NCBI GenBank assembly: GCA_964618455.1
Contig: CAZUAQ010000019.1
Span: 8,690 to 72,689 of the forward strand
Direction: 5' to 3'
Source: an uncultured Planctomycetales bacterium
GTDB lineage: Bacteria; Planctomycetota; Phycisphaerae; UBA1845; PWPN01
DNA: 64,000 bases
Shown here: piece by piece, positions 9,519-18,571 of the stretch
Layout: the number at the start of each line of letters is the position of its first letter
How positions within the stretch are numbered: position 1 is the stretch's first letter
Translations under genes and position numbers: made by a program
Notes under the pieces: generated by a model
Seen by the model: the letters and a program-made list of their open reading frames with translations, nothing else
The model's database searches: none
Told to the model about the DNA's origin: nothing

Positions 9519-11465
9519 ATGATGAGCACGAAGAAAAACGCGGGTGTCGTGATCCTGCGGGAGTGGCGCCGGGCACGTGTGATGGTCTGGGGGGTCGGGT
9601 GGCTGACACTGGTTGCGGCGAATCTGCCCGCCCAGGAGAACCAGGAAACCCCGGCGGCGGACGAGATCGCCGCTGCTCTCGACATCCAGGAATTCGTCCA
9701 GGAAGAAGCGACGAAGTCCGCCGAGTCGCCGGAGGTTCCCTCGGCGAGGGGGCTCCTGGAACTCGAGATCGACACTCAAGACGAGACACCGCCGGACATC
9801 CACGTCAGCCCGGCCGGGCGCGTCGAAATGCACGTCAACAATCTCGATCTCAGCCGTGTGCTTCAGATGCTGTCGATCCAGAGCCGCCGCAACATCGTGG
9901 CCAGCCGCGATGTCGACGGATCGGTGACGGCGGATTTCTACGGCGTCACCTTTGAGGAAGCACTGACGGCGGTCCTCGACAGCAACGGGTGCACGTGGCG
10001 GGAACGGGGGAACTTCATCTACGTGTACACCAATGAGGAAATTCACTCGCTGGAAGCGTCGAGCCGGCCACGCATCGAGCGGCTCTTCCGGCTCTACTAC
10101 ATCCGGGCCGCCGATGCGCGGTCGATCATCGAACCGCTGCTCAGCCCGGAAGGGGTGATGTCCAGTACGCCGGAAGCCGAAACCGGCATCGCCGCAAGCA
10201 GCGACGAAGCGGGCGGAGACTCTCTGGCCCTCGGTGACAGTGTCCTCGTCGTCGACTATCCCGATCGCATCGAAACCATCGCCAAGGTGCTTGCACAACT
10301 GGATATGCGACCTCAACAGGTCCTGGTCGAAGCGACGATCCTTCGCGCTCTACTCAACGAGGACAACGCCCTCGGTATCGATTTCAACATCGTTGGCGGC
10401 GTGGATTTCGATGGGCTGAACGCGATCTCCCCCGGCATGACCGACCTGACGACCGGCAACCTGCCCCAGAACCAGTTCGACAACACGTCCTTCACGACCC
10501 GAACCGACTTCAATTCTGCCGTCCCCAGCGGCGGATTCACCTTCGGGATTCTCAAGAACAACATCGGAGTATTTGTTCGGGCCTTGGAGACCGTCACCGA
10601 CACGACGGTCATGGCGAACCCCAAGATCCTGACGCTCAACAAGCAGATGGGGGAGGTCATCATCGGGCGGCGCGACGGCTATCTCACCACGACCGTGACG
10701 GAGACTGCCGCCGTACAGAGCGTCGAGTTCCTCGAGACCGGTACGCAGTTGCGATTCCGACCGTTCATCGGCAACGACGGATTTGTCCGCATGGAGGTCC
10801 ACCCAGAGGACAGCACAGGCGGGGTCAACGCCACCAATCTGCCCTTTGAGTCGACGACCGAAGCGACCACGGCGGTGACCGTGCGTGACGGGCAGACCAT
10901 TCTGATCGGCGGTCTTTTCCGGGAGGTCGATACCGCCTCGCGCGGCCAGGTCCCGGTGATTGGAAATCTGCCCGTGGCCGGTCCACTGTTCCGCAACACC
11001 AGCGATGTAACCCAGCGGGAGGAAGTGATCATTCTTCTGACCGTTCACATCGTCAAAGATGACGAGGCCTATGCCCAACTCGGTGAAGGCATGGCCGACG
11101 ACGTGGAGCGAATGCGAGTCGGCAACCGCCAGGGCATGCAGTGGCACGGCCGCGAACGCCTGGCCCAGGCGCATTACCAGTGGGCCCTCGAGCACCTCGA
11201 GAACGGCGATATCGACAAGGCCCTGTGGGATCTGGACATGGCGCTGAACAACAATCCGAGGTTCGTCGCCGCCATGAAGAAGAAGGAAGAGATCCTGGAT
11301 CATCGCGGATGGGATGAGGATGGATCTTCCGTCCGGGACTTTGTCCGCAAGATGAATCTCGAGGACAAGGGAATCGACGCGCCGCTCTACCGGCGTCCGG
11401 ATCTTCGATCCGCCACTCCCCTCGAGATTGTCGAACCCCGCGAACCCATGGAGGGAACGCCATGA
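9519..11465 (+). CDS. gspD: Secretin (GspD/PilQ family)
   Basis: AAGGAG RBS, STN-like domain, QVLVEATIL, ANPKILTLNKQ, GTQLRFRP, VRDGQTILIGGL, VPVIGNLPVAGPLF. Confidence 0.92.
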   Translation: MMSTKKNAGVVILREWRRARVMVWGVGWLTLVAANLPAQENQETPAADEIAAALDIQEFVQEEATKSAESPEVPSARGLLELEIDTQDETPPDIHVSPAGRVEMHVNNLDLSRVLQMLSIQSRRNIVASRDVDGSVTADFYGVTFEEALTAVLDSNGCTWRERGNFIYVYTNEEIHSLEASSRPRIERLFRLYYIRAADARSIIEPLLSPEGVMSSTPEAETGIAASSDEAGGDSLALGDSVLVVDYPDRIETIAKVLAQLDMRPQQVLVEATILRALLNEDNALGIDFNIVGGVDFDGLNAISPGMTDLTTGNLPQNQFDNTSFTTRTDFNSAVPSGGFTFGILKNNIGVFVRALETVTDTTVMANPKILTLNKQMGEVIIGRRDGYLTTTVTETAAVQSVEFLETGTQLRFRPFIGNDGFVRMEVHPEDSTGGVNATNLPFESTTEATTAVTVRDGQTILIGGLFREVDTASRGQVPVIGNLPVAGPLFRNTSDVTQREEVIILLTVHIVKDDEAYAQLGEGMADDVERMRVGNRQGMQWHGRERLAQAHYQWALEHLENGDIDKALWDLDMALNNNPRFVAAMKKKEEILDHRGWDEDGSSVRDFVRKMNLEDKGIDAPLYRRPDLRSATPLEIVEPREPMEGTP

Positions 11466-12682
11466 CGAAATCGATCATCATCACGTGTCTCCTGGCTCTG
11501 TCTCTGACGGGCCCGGGCTGCACTTCTCTGGTCAAGCCCGAGGATTCGAAGGCCAGTGCGGATCACCGGTGGAAAAAGGTCCGCGCGCAGTTGAAATTCC
11601 AGGTAGCCTCGGACAGCTTTGAACGGGGACAGTTGGACAAAGCCGAGGAAGCCCTCCGCGAAGTCGTCGGGCTCTACCCCGAATACGCGGATGCCTACGT
11701 ACTGCTGACCCGCTTGCGGCTCGAGCAGGGCGAAACTGCCGCCGCCTCGGAAGCGCTCGAGCAGGCGATTCGCCATGGCGGTGATTCCCCCGAAACCGAC
11801 TACCTCAGCGGGATGATCGCCCAGCGATACGGCCGGCTCGAGAACGCGCTCGACTGGTACCGCCGCGCGTCGCAACGCAGCCCGCATGAAGTCCATTACA
11901 TTCTCGCTCTTGCGGAGATGCTCGTGGAACTCGATCGCGCGGATGAAGCGCTCACGTTCGCCGAATCGCGCTGGCCCGACTTCGATAACAATGCCGCCCT
12001 CCGGACGCTCGTGGGTAAGATCCATGTACTGCGCGGCGATCATGCGAATGCGGCGGAAGCGTTCCGGGCCGCTCACCACATCGATCCGAAGGACAAGCTT
12101 GTCGCCTATGATCTCGCGCTGTCGCTCTTTGAGATCGACGCACATGCCGATGCGCGGGACATGCTCCTGGCGGCGGAGAAACTCGAAGGCAAACTGCCCG
12201 TCTTCATGCGCCTGATGCTGGGGCGCTGCTACTGGAGCCTTTCCGAGGTGGGATCGGCCAAGGAAGAGTTCCGACAGGTCGTTCGCGAAGATCCTCAGAA
12301 TACGGAAGGCTGGATGTGGCTGGCGAAGTCCTGTGTCGCCACCAATGACCTTCTCTCGGCCCGCCGTGCCGCCGCCCGATGCCATGAACTCGAGCCGGAA
12401 CGCGGTGAACACGCCTTTTTCTACGGGTTCGTCTGTCATCGACAGGGTGACGATGAAGCCGCGATCCCGCTCCTGCGCGAGGCCGTCTCCCGGCTCCCGG
12501 AGGAGACCATGGCCTATTGCCTCCTCGGGCAATCGCTCCAGCGGCAGAGCCGTTGGAACGAAGCGCGCGAATGTTATGAGAAGGCTCTCGCCATCGAACC
12601 GGAGGACGCGTACGCCCGAAAACTCATGGAGGCGCTGCCTCCTGCCGAGGAACCCGTGCTGGAAGTCTCTTCATTCCGATAA
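11462..12682 (+). CDS. TPR lipoprotein (pilotin-like, PilF/PilW position)
   Basis: Lipobox-like TGPGC, many TPR repeats, ATGA overlap with the secretin stop. Confidence 0.75.
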   Translation: MTKSIIITCLLALSLTGPGCTSLVKPEDSKASADHRWKKVRAQLKFQVASDSFERGQLDKAEEALREVVGLYPEYADAYVLLTRLRLEQGETAAASEALEQAIRHGGDSPETDYLSGMIAQRYGRLENALDWYRRASQRSPHEVHYILALAEMLVELDRADEALTFAESRWPDFDNNAALRTLVGKIHVLRGDHANAAEAFRAAHHIDPKDKLVAYDLALSLFEIDAHADARDMLLAAEKLEGKLPVFMRLMLGRCYWSLSEVGSAKEEFRQVVREDPQNTEGWMWLAKSCVATNDLLSARRAAARCHELEPERGEHAFFYGFVCHRQGDDEAAIPLLREAVSRLPEETMAYCLLGQSLQRQSRWNEARECYEKALAIEPEDAYARKLMEALPPAEEPVLEVSSFR

Positions 12683-12837
12683 AGCCCGTTGATCCCATGC
12701 GATATCGATCCGGGAGCGCACCTTTTCCACCTGAGACCTGAGGCGACGCACCCAAATGGTCGATCAATGAATTGGATTCCTGCCGTCAGGTCTCCATCGA
12801 TCGGATGAGGTACGCCTTGAGTGGGGTGGAATACGTG

Positions 12838-13218
12838 ATGAAGCAGACGATTCTCGTGGCGGATGATGAGACGCATATCGTCAAGGTGATCGAGACGAAG
12901 CTGGCGTCCGCGGGGTATCGCGTGCACGTCGCGAGCGACGGACTGACCACCCTGCGAATGGCGGAACGCGTCCGGCCGAATCTGGTGATCACGGACTACC
13001 AGATGCCCGGCATGGGAGGCCTGGAACTCAGTGCGAAGATCGCGTCTCACCCGATTCTCGCGGGTACACCGATCATTCTTGTGACTGCCAAGGGCTTCGA
13101 TCTCACCGAGACCGAGTTGAGGAGTCGTCACATCGAACGTGTCATCCTCAAACCGTTCAGTCCGCGTGAAGTGCTGGCGATTGCGACGGAAATACTCAGC
13201 ATGGGTGTGACCGCATGA
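12838..13218 (+). CDS. Single-domain response regulator (CheY-like)
   Basis: ILVADDE, ITDYQMPGMGG (phospho-Asp), TAKG, KPFS. No output domain. Confidence 0.92.
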   Translation: MKQTILVADDETHIVKVIETKLASAGYRVHVASDGLTTLRMAERVRPNLVITDYQMPGMGGLELSAKIASHPILAGTPIILVTAKGFDLTETELRSRHIERVILKPFSPREVLAIATEILSMGVTA

Positions 13219-13222
13219 GGAA

Positions 13223-14917
13223 ATGGATATTCACGTGAAGGCCCTGAGTTGTGTGACCCAACAAGTCGTCAACGAAGCGACGTTTCAGGAGTGGGCGTCG
13301 TCATGGACGGAGCTGGGCCTGGGGTTGTCATTATGGGACGCTGACGGTCGACTGATCGAGAAATGCTCGAGCAACGCCGCTTTCTGGCAGACGGTCATCC
13401 TCGGATCCGAGGCCCTTCAGAAGAAGCTCTCGGCGTGGATCGTGCAGGCCTCCAAACAGCAGGAGTCCATCTTCACACTCGAACCGGGCGATGCGGTTCA
13501 CATGATGCTCGTGCGCAGCCCGGTCAGTACGCGCAACACGATTCTCGTGGCGACGGCGTTGGGTCACGGCATGGATGATCACGAGCAATACGATCAGTTC
13601 TGCGACGAACATGATCTGGATGTGGGGGAGTGGCTCCACCTGGCGGAGGTCCTGCCGCGCTACACCAAGGACCAGTGTCGGAGCTACAGGAGTATTCTGT
13701 CACGATATCTTGAAGCGCGCTCCGAGGAGCAGCTTTCGCAGAACGATGTCAACGAGCTCTCCACGCACCTGGCTCAGGCCTACGAGGAACTTAACCTGAT
13801 CTATCGGATCAGCGCCGACCTGACGGTATCCAAGCCGCCCGCCGATCACCTGGCGGAACTGACGCAGCAACTCGCCTTCACCACGGTTCTCGAAGGGTAC
13901 GCCGCCGTGCTGGATTCCTCTTTTCACAACAAGGCGGATCCCCACGTGATCGTCGGCGGACAGGTTCCACTCAGCTCGGAGGAAATCCTGCGACTTTATC
14001 GCCAGGCGCAGCATGAGCAGCCCACGGGCGATTCGAGGATCATCATCGTCAACGATGCCGATGCCCGCCCGGACTATGCCTGGCTTGATCGGAGGGTATG
14101 TCAGTTCGCGCTGTTCCCGCTCCAGAGAAAACGACACGAGTTCGGTGCGATCCTCGCCATCAACCGGGAGGACGGCAAGGATCTCTGTTCCGAGGAAATC
14201 CGTCTCGTCAATTCCGTCGCCGAGCGCGGGGCGGCTTTCCTGGAGAGTGCTCAACTCTACGACGATCTCGAACAGCTCTTCATGGGCATGCTGCACGCGC
14301 TGGTCAGCAGTATCGACGCCAAGGACCCCTACACAAGCGGTCATTCCCAGCGCGTGGCCTGGCTGAGCCGCCATATCGGCCAGATGCTCGGCATGGACGA
14401 CGAACAGTGCCAGCGCATTTACCTGAGCGGCCTTCTTCACGACATCGGAAAAATCGGCGTGCCCGAATCCGTGCTCTGCAAGGCCGGTCGACTGACGCCG
14501 GACGAGTTCGCCGAGATCAAGAAGCACCCCGAAATGGGGGCGAAAATTCTCGAAGGCGTCCGTCAGGTGGATGACCTGATCCCCGGCATTCTCTATCACC
14601 ATGAACGGTACGGGGGCGGGGGGTATCCGAGCGGGATCGCGGGCGAGAATATTCCGCTGCTGGGTCGCATCATCTGCCTTGCCGACAGCTTCGACGCCAT
14701 GACCACCAGTCGGACCTATCGCAGCGCCCAGGATCCCCGCAGTGCCGCGGAGGAAATCCGCCGGTGTGGCGGGACGCAGTTCGATCCGCGCATCGTCGCC
14801 TGCTTTCTGAAATGTGATTTCGTCGCCCTGCATGAAGAAATGCGCAACGCGGGGTGTTCCTTTGTCGGGCCAACCGGCATCCAGTCGCTGGTGACGAGCA
14901 AGGAGGAGCATCCGTGA
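13223..14917 (+). CDS. GAF + HD-GYP domain protein (putative c-di-GMP phosphodiesterase)
   Basis: DAKDPYTSGHSQRV, LHDIGKIG, HHERYGGGGYP and ADSFDAMT, with a GAF-like segment upstream. Confidence 0.9.
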   Translation: MDIHVKALSCVTQQVVNEATFQEWASSWTELGLGLSLWDADGRLIEKCSSNAAFWQTVILGSEALQKKLSAWIVQASKQQESIFTLEPGDAVHMMLVRSPVSTRNTILVATALGHGMDDHEQYDQFCDEHDLDVGEWLHLAEVLPRYTKDQCRSYRSILSRYLEARSEEQLSQNDVNELSTHLAQAYEELNLIYRISADLTVSKPPADHLAELTQQLAFTTVLEGYAAVLDSSFHNKADPHVIVGGQVPLSSEEILRLYRQAQHEQPTGDSRIIIVNDADARPDYAWLDRRVCQFALFPLQRKRHEFGAILAINREDGKDLCSEEIRLVNSVAERGAAFLESAQLYDDLEQLFMGMLHALVSSIDAKDPYTSGHSQRVAWLSRHIGQMLGMDDEQCQRIYLSGLLHDIGKIGVPESVLCKAGRLTPDEFAEIKKHPEMGAKILEGVRQVDDLIPGILYHHERYGGGGYPSGIAGENIPLLGRIICLADSFDAMTTSRTYRSAQDPRSAAEEIRRCGGTQFDPRIVACFLKCDFVALHEEMRNAGCSFVGPTGIQSLVTSKEEHP

Positions 14918-15249
14918 AGCTGATCGAGGTACGGGAGGGAGACGTTAACGTGCTGGGCATCGTGGGAGAGTTCACCCAGGAGTCCGTGCCGAAATTCGAG
15001 ACCTCTGTGGAACATGCGTTCCAGGAGCAGCGGCGCGATTTTATCATCGATCTGACGCGAATGACACGCATCGACAGCCGTGGCCTGGAGGCGCTGACCG
15101 CACTGCAGCGCCGGTGCGAAGAGGACCTGGGCATGCTCCAGATCTGCACGTCGGACGACGTTGCGCGAAAAGTATTTGAAATCACCCGGCTCGATCGCCA
15201 GTTGACGATTCACGGGACGATCGAGGACGCCCGGGCGGCGATGGTCTGA
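14914..15249 (+). CDS. STAS domain anti-sigma factor antagonist
   Basis: IIDLTRMTRIDSRGLEAL...VFEITRL. GTG start with AAGGAGG RBS, overlapping the HD-GYP stop. Confidence 0.88.
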   Translation: MKLIEVREGDVNVLGIVGEFTQESVPKFETSVEHAFQEQRRDFIIDLTRMTRIDSRGLEALTALQRRCEEDLGMLQICTSDDVARKVFEITRLDRQLTIHGTIEDARAAMV

Positions 15250-15324
15250 CACCAAAGCACGGCAGGCCGCGACGAAGATCGAGAGCCGTACGAAACCAGA
15301 ATCACGGAATTCGCGACAGGATCC

Positions 15325-17028
15325 ATGAACACAACGGCCCCGACACAACCGAAACAGGTCGGTCAGATCCTGATCGAAACCGGGCTCCTGACCGAAAGCC
15401 AGCTCCAGGAGGCCCTGGCTGCGCAACGCCAGGGGGAGCATCGCAAGCTTCTGGGCGAGACCATCGTAGAACTCGGCTTCTGCTCCGAGAACCAGATCGT
15501 CGAATCGCTGGCCAAGGCATACGATATCCCGTTCGCGCGTCTGATCCCCGCCATGCTCGACTCAACCGTGCTGGACGCGCTTCCTCGGGAAATGATCGAA
15601 TCCCAGTGCGTCCTTCCGCTGTTCAGAGTGGATGACGTGCTGACCGTTGCCGTCTCCGAGCCCTCCAACCTGTTCTTGATTGAGGAGCTCCAGCACTCCG
15701 CCGGATGCGCCGTGCAGGTCGTCGCTGCCTCCACCGCCGATATCCAGTCCGTCATGCAGGTCGTCATGCCGGACGTCAACAATGTCGTTCTCGACGACCT
15801 GCTCGATGACTTTGGAAATCAGCCCGACGATGTGCCGACGTTCGACCTGGCGGATCTCGATCAGGACAGCGAGGGCGCGCCCGTCATCAAGCTGGCGAAC
15901 TACATCATATTCAATGCCGTCCGCGAACAGGCCAGCGACATCCATATCGAGCCGGACGAAAACCAGGTTCGTATTCGTTACCGTATCGACGGGCAGCTCG
16001 TCGAGAAAATGAAACCGCCGATGCCCCTGGCGGCGCCGCTCATCTCACGTTTGAAGATCATGGCGTCCCTGGATATCTCGGAACGCCGACTCCCGCAGGA
16101 CGGGGCCATTCACGTCAAGATGCGCGGTCACCCGATCGACCTTCGCGTCTCGACCTTGCCCAATCAGTTCGGCGAGAAGGTCGTACTGCGTATTCTGGAC
16201 ACGCGCAACACGCTCGTTCGTCTCGAGGAACTCGGATTCGACAAGGAGACCCTCGATGTCTATCGGCACAAGATCCGCCAGCCGCAGGGCATGATCCTGG
16301 TCACCGGCCCGACGGGCAGCGGTAAGAGCACGACGCTCTACGCGTCACTGATGGAGATCAACACGCAGGAGATCAATATCTGCACCGTCGAGGATCCCAT
16401 CGAGTTCAATCTGCTCGGAGTCAATCAGTTCCAGGTCAACGAGAAGATCGGATTCACTCTTGCCGGCACGCTGCGCTCGCTGTTGCGGCAGGATCCGGAC
16501 GTGATCATGGTAGGTGAGATTCGCGATACCGAGACGGCCAAGATCGCCGTCCAGGCCTCGCTCACCGGGCACATGGTGTTCTCCACGCTGCACACGAACG
16601 ATGCTCCCAGCGCCGTGACGCGTCTCTACAACATCGGCATCGAGCCCTACTTGATCAGCGCGTCGCTGACCGGTGTGCTCGCCCAACGACTGGTACGCAA
16701 GCTCTGCCCGCACTGCCGCGAACGCACCAGCCCGACAGGCAACGCGCTTCGCGTGCTCGAGCGGATGGGACGCACGATCGAGACCGTCTACCAGGCGAAC
16801 GGTTGCTCCCAATGCCGACGAAAGGGATTCACAGGGCGATCCAGCATTCACGAAATGTTCATGCTGGACGATGAACTGCGAGACGCTGTCAGCGGCAATG
16901 CCACGCTCGATCAGCTTCGGGCCCTGGCGGTCAGGAACGGCATGCGTACGCTGCTCGAGGATGGGCTGATCAAGGCCGGAAACGGGTTGACCACGCTGGA
17001 GGAGATCCTCAGCGCCACGGTGACGTGA
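15325..17028 (+). CDS. gspE: GspE/PilB secretion ATPase with MshEN-like N-terminus
   Basis: Walker A GPTGSGKSTT, TVEDPIE, LRQDPDVIMVGEIRD, GHMVFSTLHTND and a CxxC...CxxC zinc site. Confidence 0.95.
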   Translation: MNTTAPTQPKQVGQILIETGLLTESQLQEALAAQRQGEHRKLLGETIVELGFCSENQIVESLAKAYDIPFARLIPAMLDSTVLDALPREMIESQCVLPLFRVDDVLTVAVSEPSNLFLIEELQHSAGCAVQVVAASTADIQSVMQVVMPDVNNVVLDDLLDDFGNQPDDVPTFDLADLDQDSEGAPVIKLANYIIFNAVREQASDIHIEPDENQVRIRYRIDGQLVEKMKPPMPLAAPLISRLKIMASLDISERRLPQDGAIHVKMRGHPIDLRVSTLPNQFGEKVVLRILDTRNTLVRLEELGFDKETLDVYRHKIRQPQGMILVTGPTGSGKSTTLYASLMEINTQEINICTVEDPIEFNLLGVNQFQVNEKIGFTLAGTLRSLLRQDPDVIMVGEIRDTETAKIAVQASLTGHMVFSTLHTNDAPSAVTRLYNIGIEPYLISASLTGVLAQRLVRKLCPHCRERTSPTGNALRVLERMGRTIETVYQANGCSQCRRKGFTGRSSIHEMFMLDDELRDAVSGNATLDQLRALAVRNGMRTLLEDGLIKAGNGLTTLEEILSATVT

Positions 17029-17074
17029 GAGGACGGGACGCTCGGCCGGCGAAGACACGACGGGGACACGCGCC

Positions 17075-18295
17075 ATGCCGCGTTTTCAGTACGACGCACG
17101 TGACAAATCCGGCGCCACCGTCGGGGGCGAGCTGGTTGCTCCCACGGAGAACGACGCCATTCGGCAGCTCCGCGCGCAGGGAAAGTACGTCAAGCGGTTA
17201 GTGACGGCGCAATCCCGGGAAGCGGCATCACAGACGGCTGCACAACTCATCGTCTCGCGCGTGCGCTTCTCCGAGGTGATCTACTTCTGCCACCAGTTGG
17301 CGGGCATGGTGGACACCGGGGTTCCCCTGTCCGAGGCGCTTGAAGCCACCATTGCCGATGCACCTCCCGGTGCCTACCGCTCCACGGTCGAGAATCTCAT
17401 CGAGCGCGTGCAGGGAGGGCAGGATCTCTCGGCGGCGCTGGCCGCGAATTCAAGGGCCTTCCCGCCCATCTTCGTCCATCTCGTGCGCGCCTCCGAAGCC
17501 AGCGGTATGCTCGGAAAAATGCTTCTGCGCATCTCGGCGTACCTCACCAACCAGCGCGAAATCAAACGCCGGATTCGCTCTGCGATGACTTATCCACTGT
17601 GCATGCTGCTCTTTGCCTTCGGCGTCGTGATTTTCCTCCTGACCTACGTGCTGCCGAGTTTCACCTCCATCTACGCCGGCAAGCAGCAGGTGCTGCCCCT
17701 GCCGACACTGATGCTCATGGCCACGAGCGACTGGGTGGTCGCGCACTGGAAGGCGCTGGCGGCCGGCGTGGGTCTCACCGCCTCCGGCGCCTGGATATTT
17801 CTCCGATCTGAAAAAGGGGGATGGCTGGCCGACTGGATGCGCTTGCACGTGCCGATCCTCGGACCCATGTACCGCAATGCGTGCCTGACACGTTCATTCC
17901 GCACGCTCGGCACGATGATTGCCGCCGGAGTCCCCGTGCTCGAAGCGGTGGAGATCACGCGGGACGTCGTTGGGAACCGGCTCTTCGCGACTCGGTTCGA
18001 CGAGTCGCGACGGCGCATGGAGGAAGGGGAACGTTTCAGCGAGACGCTTCGCGGCTCTCCCTACATTCCCCGACCGGTCTGGCAGATGCTTCATTCCGGC
18101 GAGAAGTCGGGTCAACTGGGTACCGCCATGCAGCGGACCGCCGATCTCTGCGAGGCCGATTTCCAGGCGTCGGTAAAGTCCGCCACCCAGTTCATCGAAC
18201 CCGCGCTCATCGTGACCATGGGGCTCGTGATCGGTGGCATCGCCCTGGCGGTGCTCCTGCCCATTTTCTCGATCTCCAAGGTGATGGCCCACTGA
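17075..18295 (+). CDS. gspF: GspF/PilC inner-membrane platform protein
   Basis: MPRFQY.A.D start, GVPLSEAL, ASEASGML, GEKSGQL, IEPALIV...LPIF. Confidence 0.93.
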   Translation: MPRFQYDARDKSGATVGGELVAPTENDAIRQLRAQGKYVKRLVTAQSREAASQTAAQLIVSRVRFSEVIYFCHQLAGMVDTGVPLSEALEATIADAPPGAYRSTVENLIERVQGGQDLSAALAANSRAFPPIFVHLVRASEASGMLGKMLLRISAYLTNQREIKRRIRSAMTYPLCMLLFAFGVVIFLLTYVLPSFTSIYAGKQQVLPLPTLMLMATSDWVVAHWKALAAGVGLTASGAWIFLRSEKGGWLADWMRLHVPILGPMYRNACLTRSFRTLGTMIAAGVPVLEAVEITRDVVGNRLFATRFDESRRRMEEGERFSETLRGSPYIPRPVWQMLHSGEKSGQLGTAMQRTADLCEADFQASVKSATQFIEPALIVTMGLVIGGIALAVLLPIFSISKVMAH

Positions 18296-18348
18296 CGGGC
18301 TCACGGGAGACTCGAGCGACGCGTATGGACTCACCGCGCGGCGATGCG

Positions 18349-18377
18349 TTGACAAAGCGCACACCCCTCCCAACAAT
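18349..18377 (+). promoter_or_regulatory. Sigma70-type promoter
   Basis: TTGACA (18349-18354), 17-bp spacer, AACAAT (18372-18377). Confidence 0.6.
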
Positions 18378-18384
18378 TCACCGG

Positions 18385-18533
18385 TCAGAGAATGTGTGTG
18401 AGAAGCTCAGGGACCGTCGCTGTTTTGCAGAGTGGGCAACGCGATTCGGGCGGATGTGTAGCTCGGCAAGCGAGACGAATGCAAAACGGGGGATTGTCCC
18501 CTTCTCGGGTAGAGCTTCTCACGTACATTCTGA
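18385..18533 (+). ncRNA. Structured ncRNA candidate, 6S-RNA-like long hairpin
   Basis: 20-bp stem 18389-18408/18512-18531 (two G-U pairs), asymmetric bubble, 10-bp stem 18420-18429/18480-18489 and branched apex, starting about 7 nt after the -10 box. Confidence 0.45.
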
Positions 18534-18571
18534 GGGTTCGGATATCGGTTCCTGAGGCAGCGAGCGCGTAC

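Noticed and set aside
18392-18571. N-terminal extension of the TPR ORF
   Set aside because: The extension coincides with the long RNA hairpin and looks non-coding. The hydrophobic leader begins at ATG 18572.
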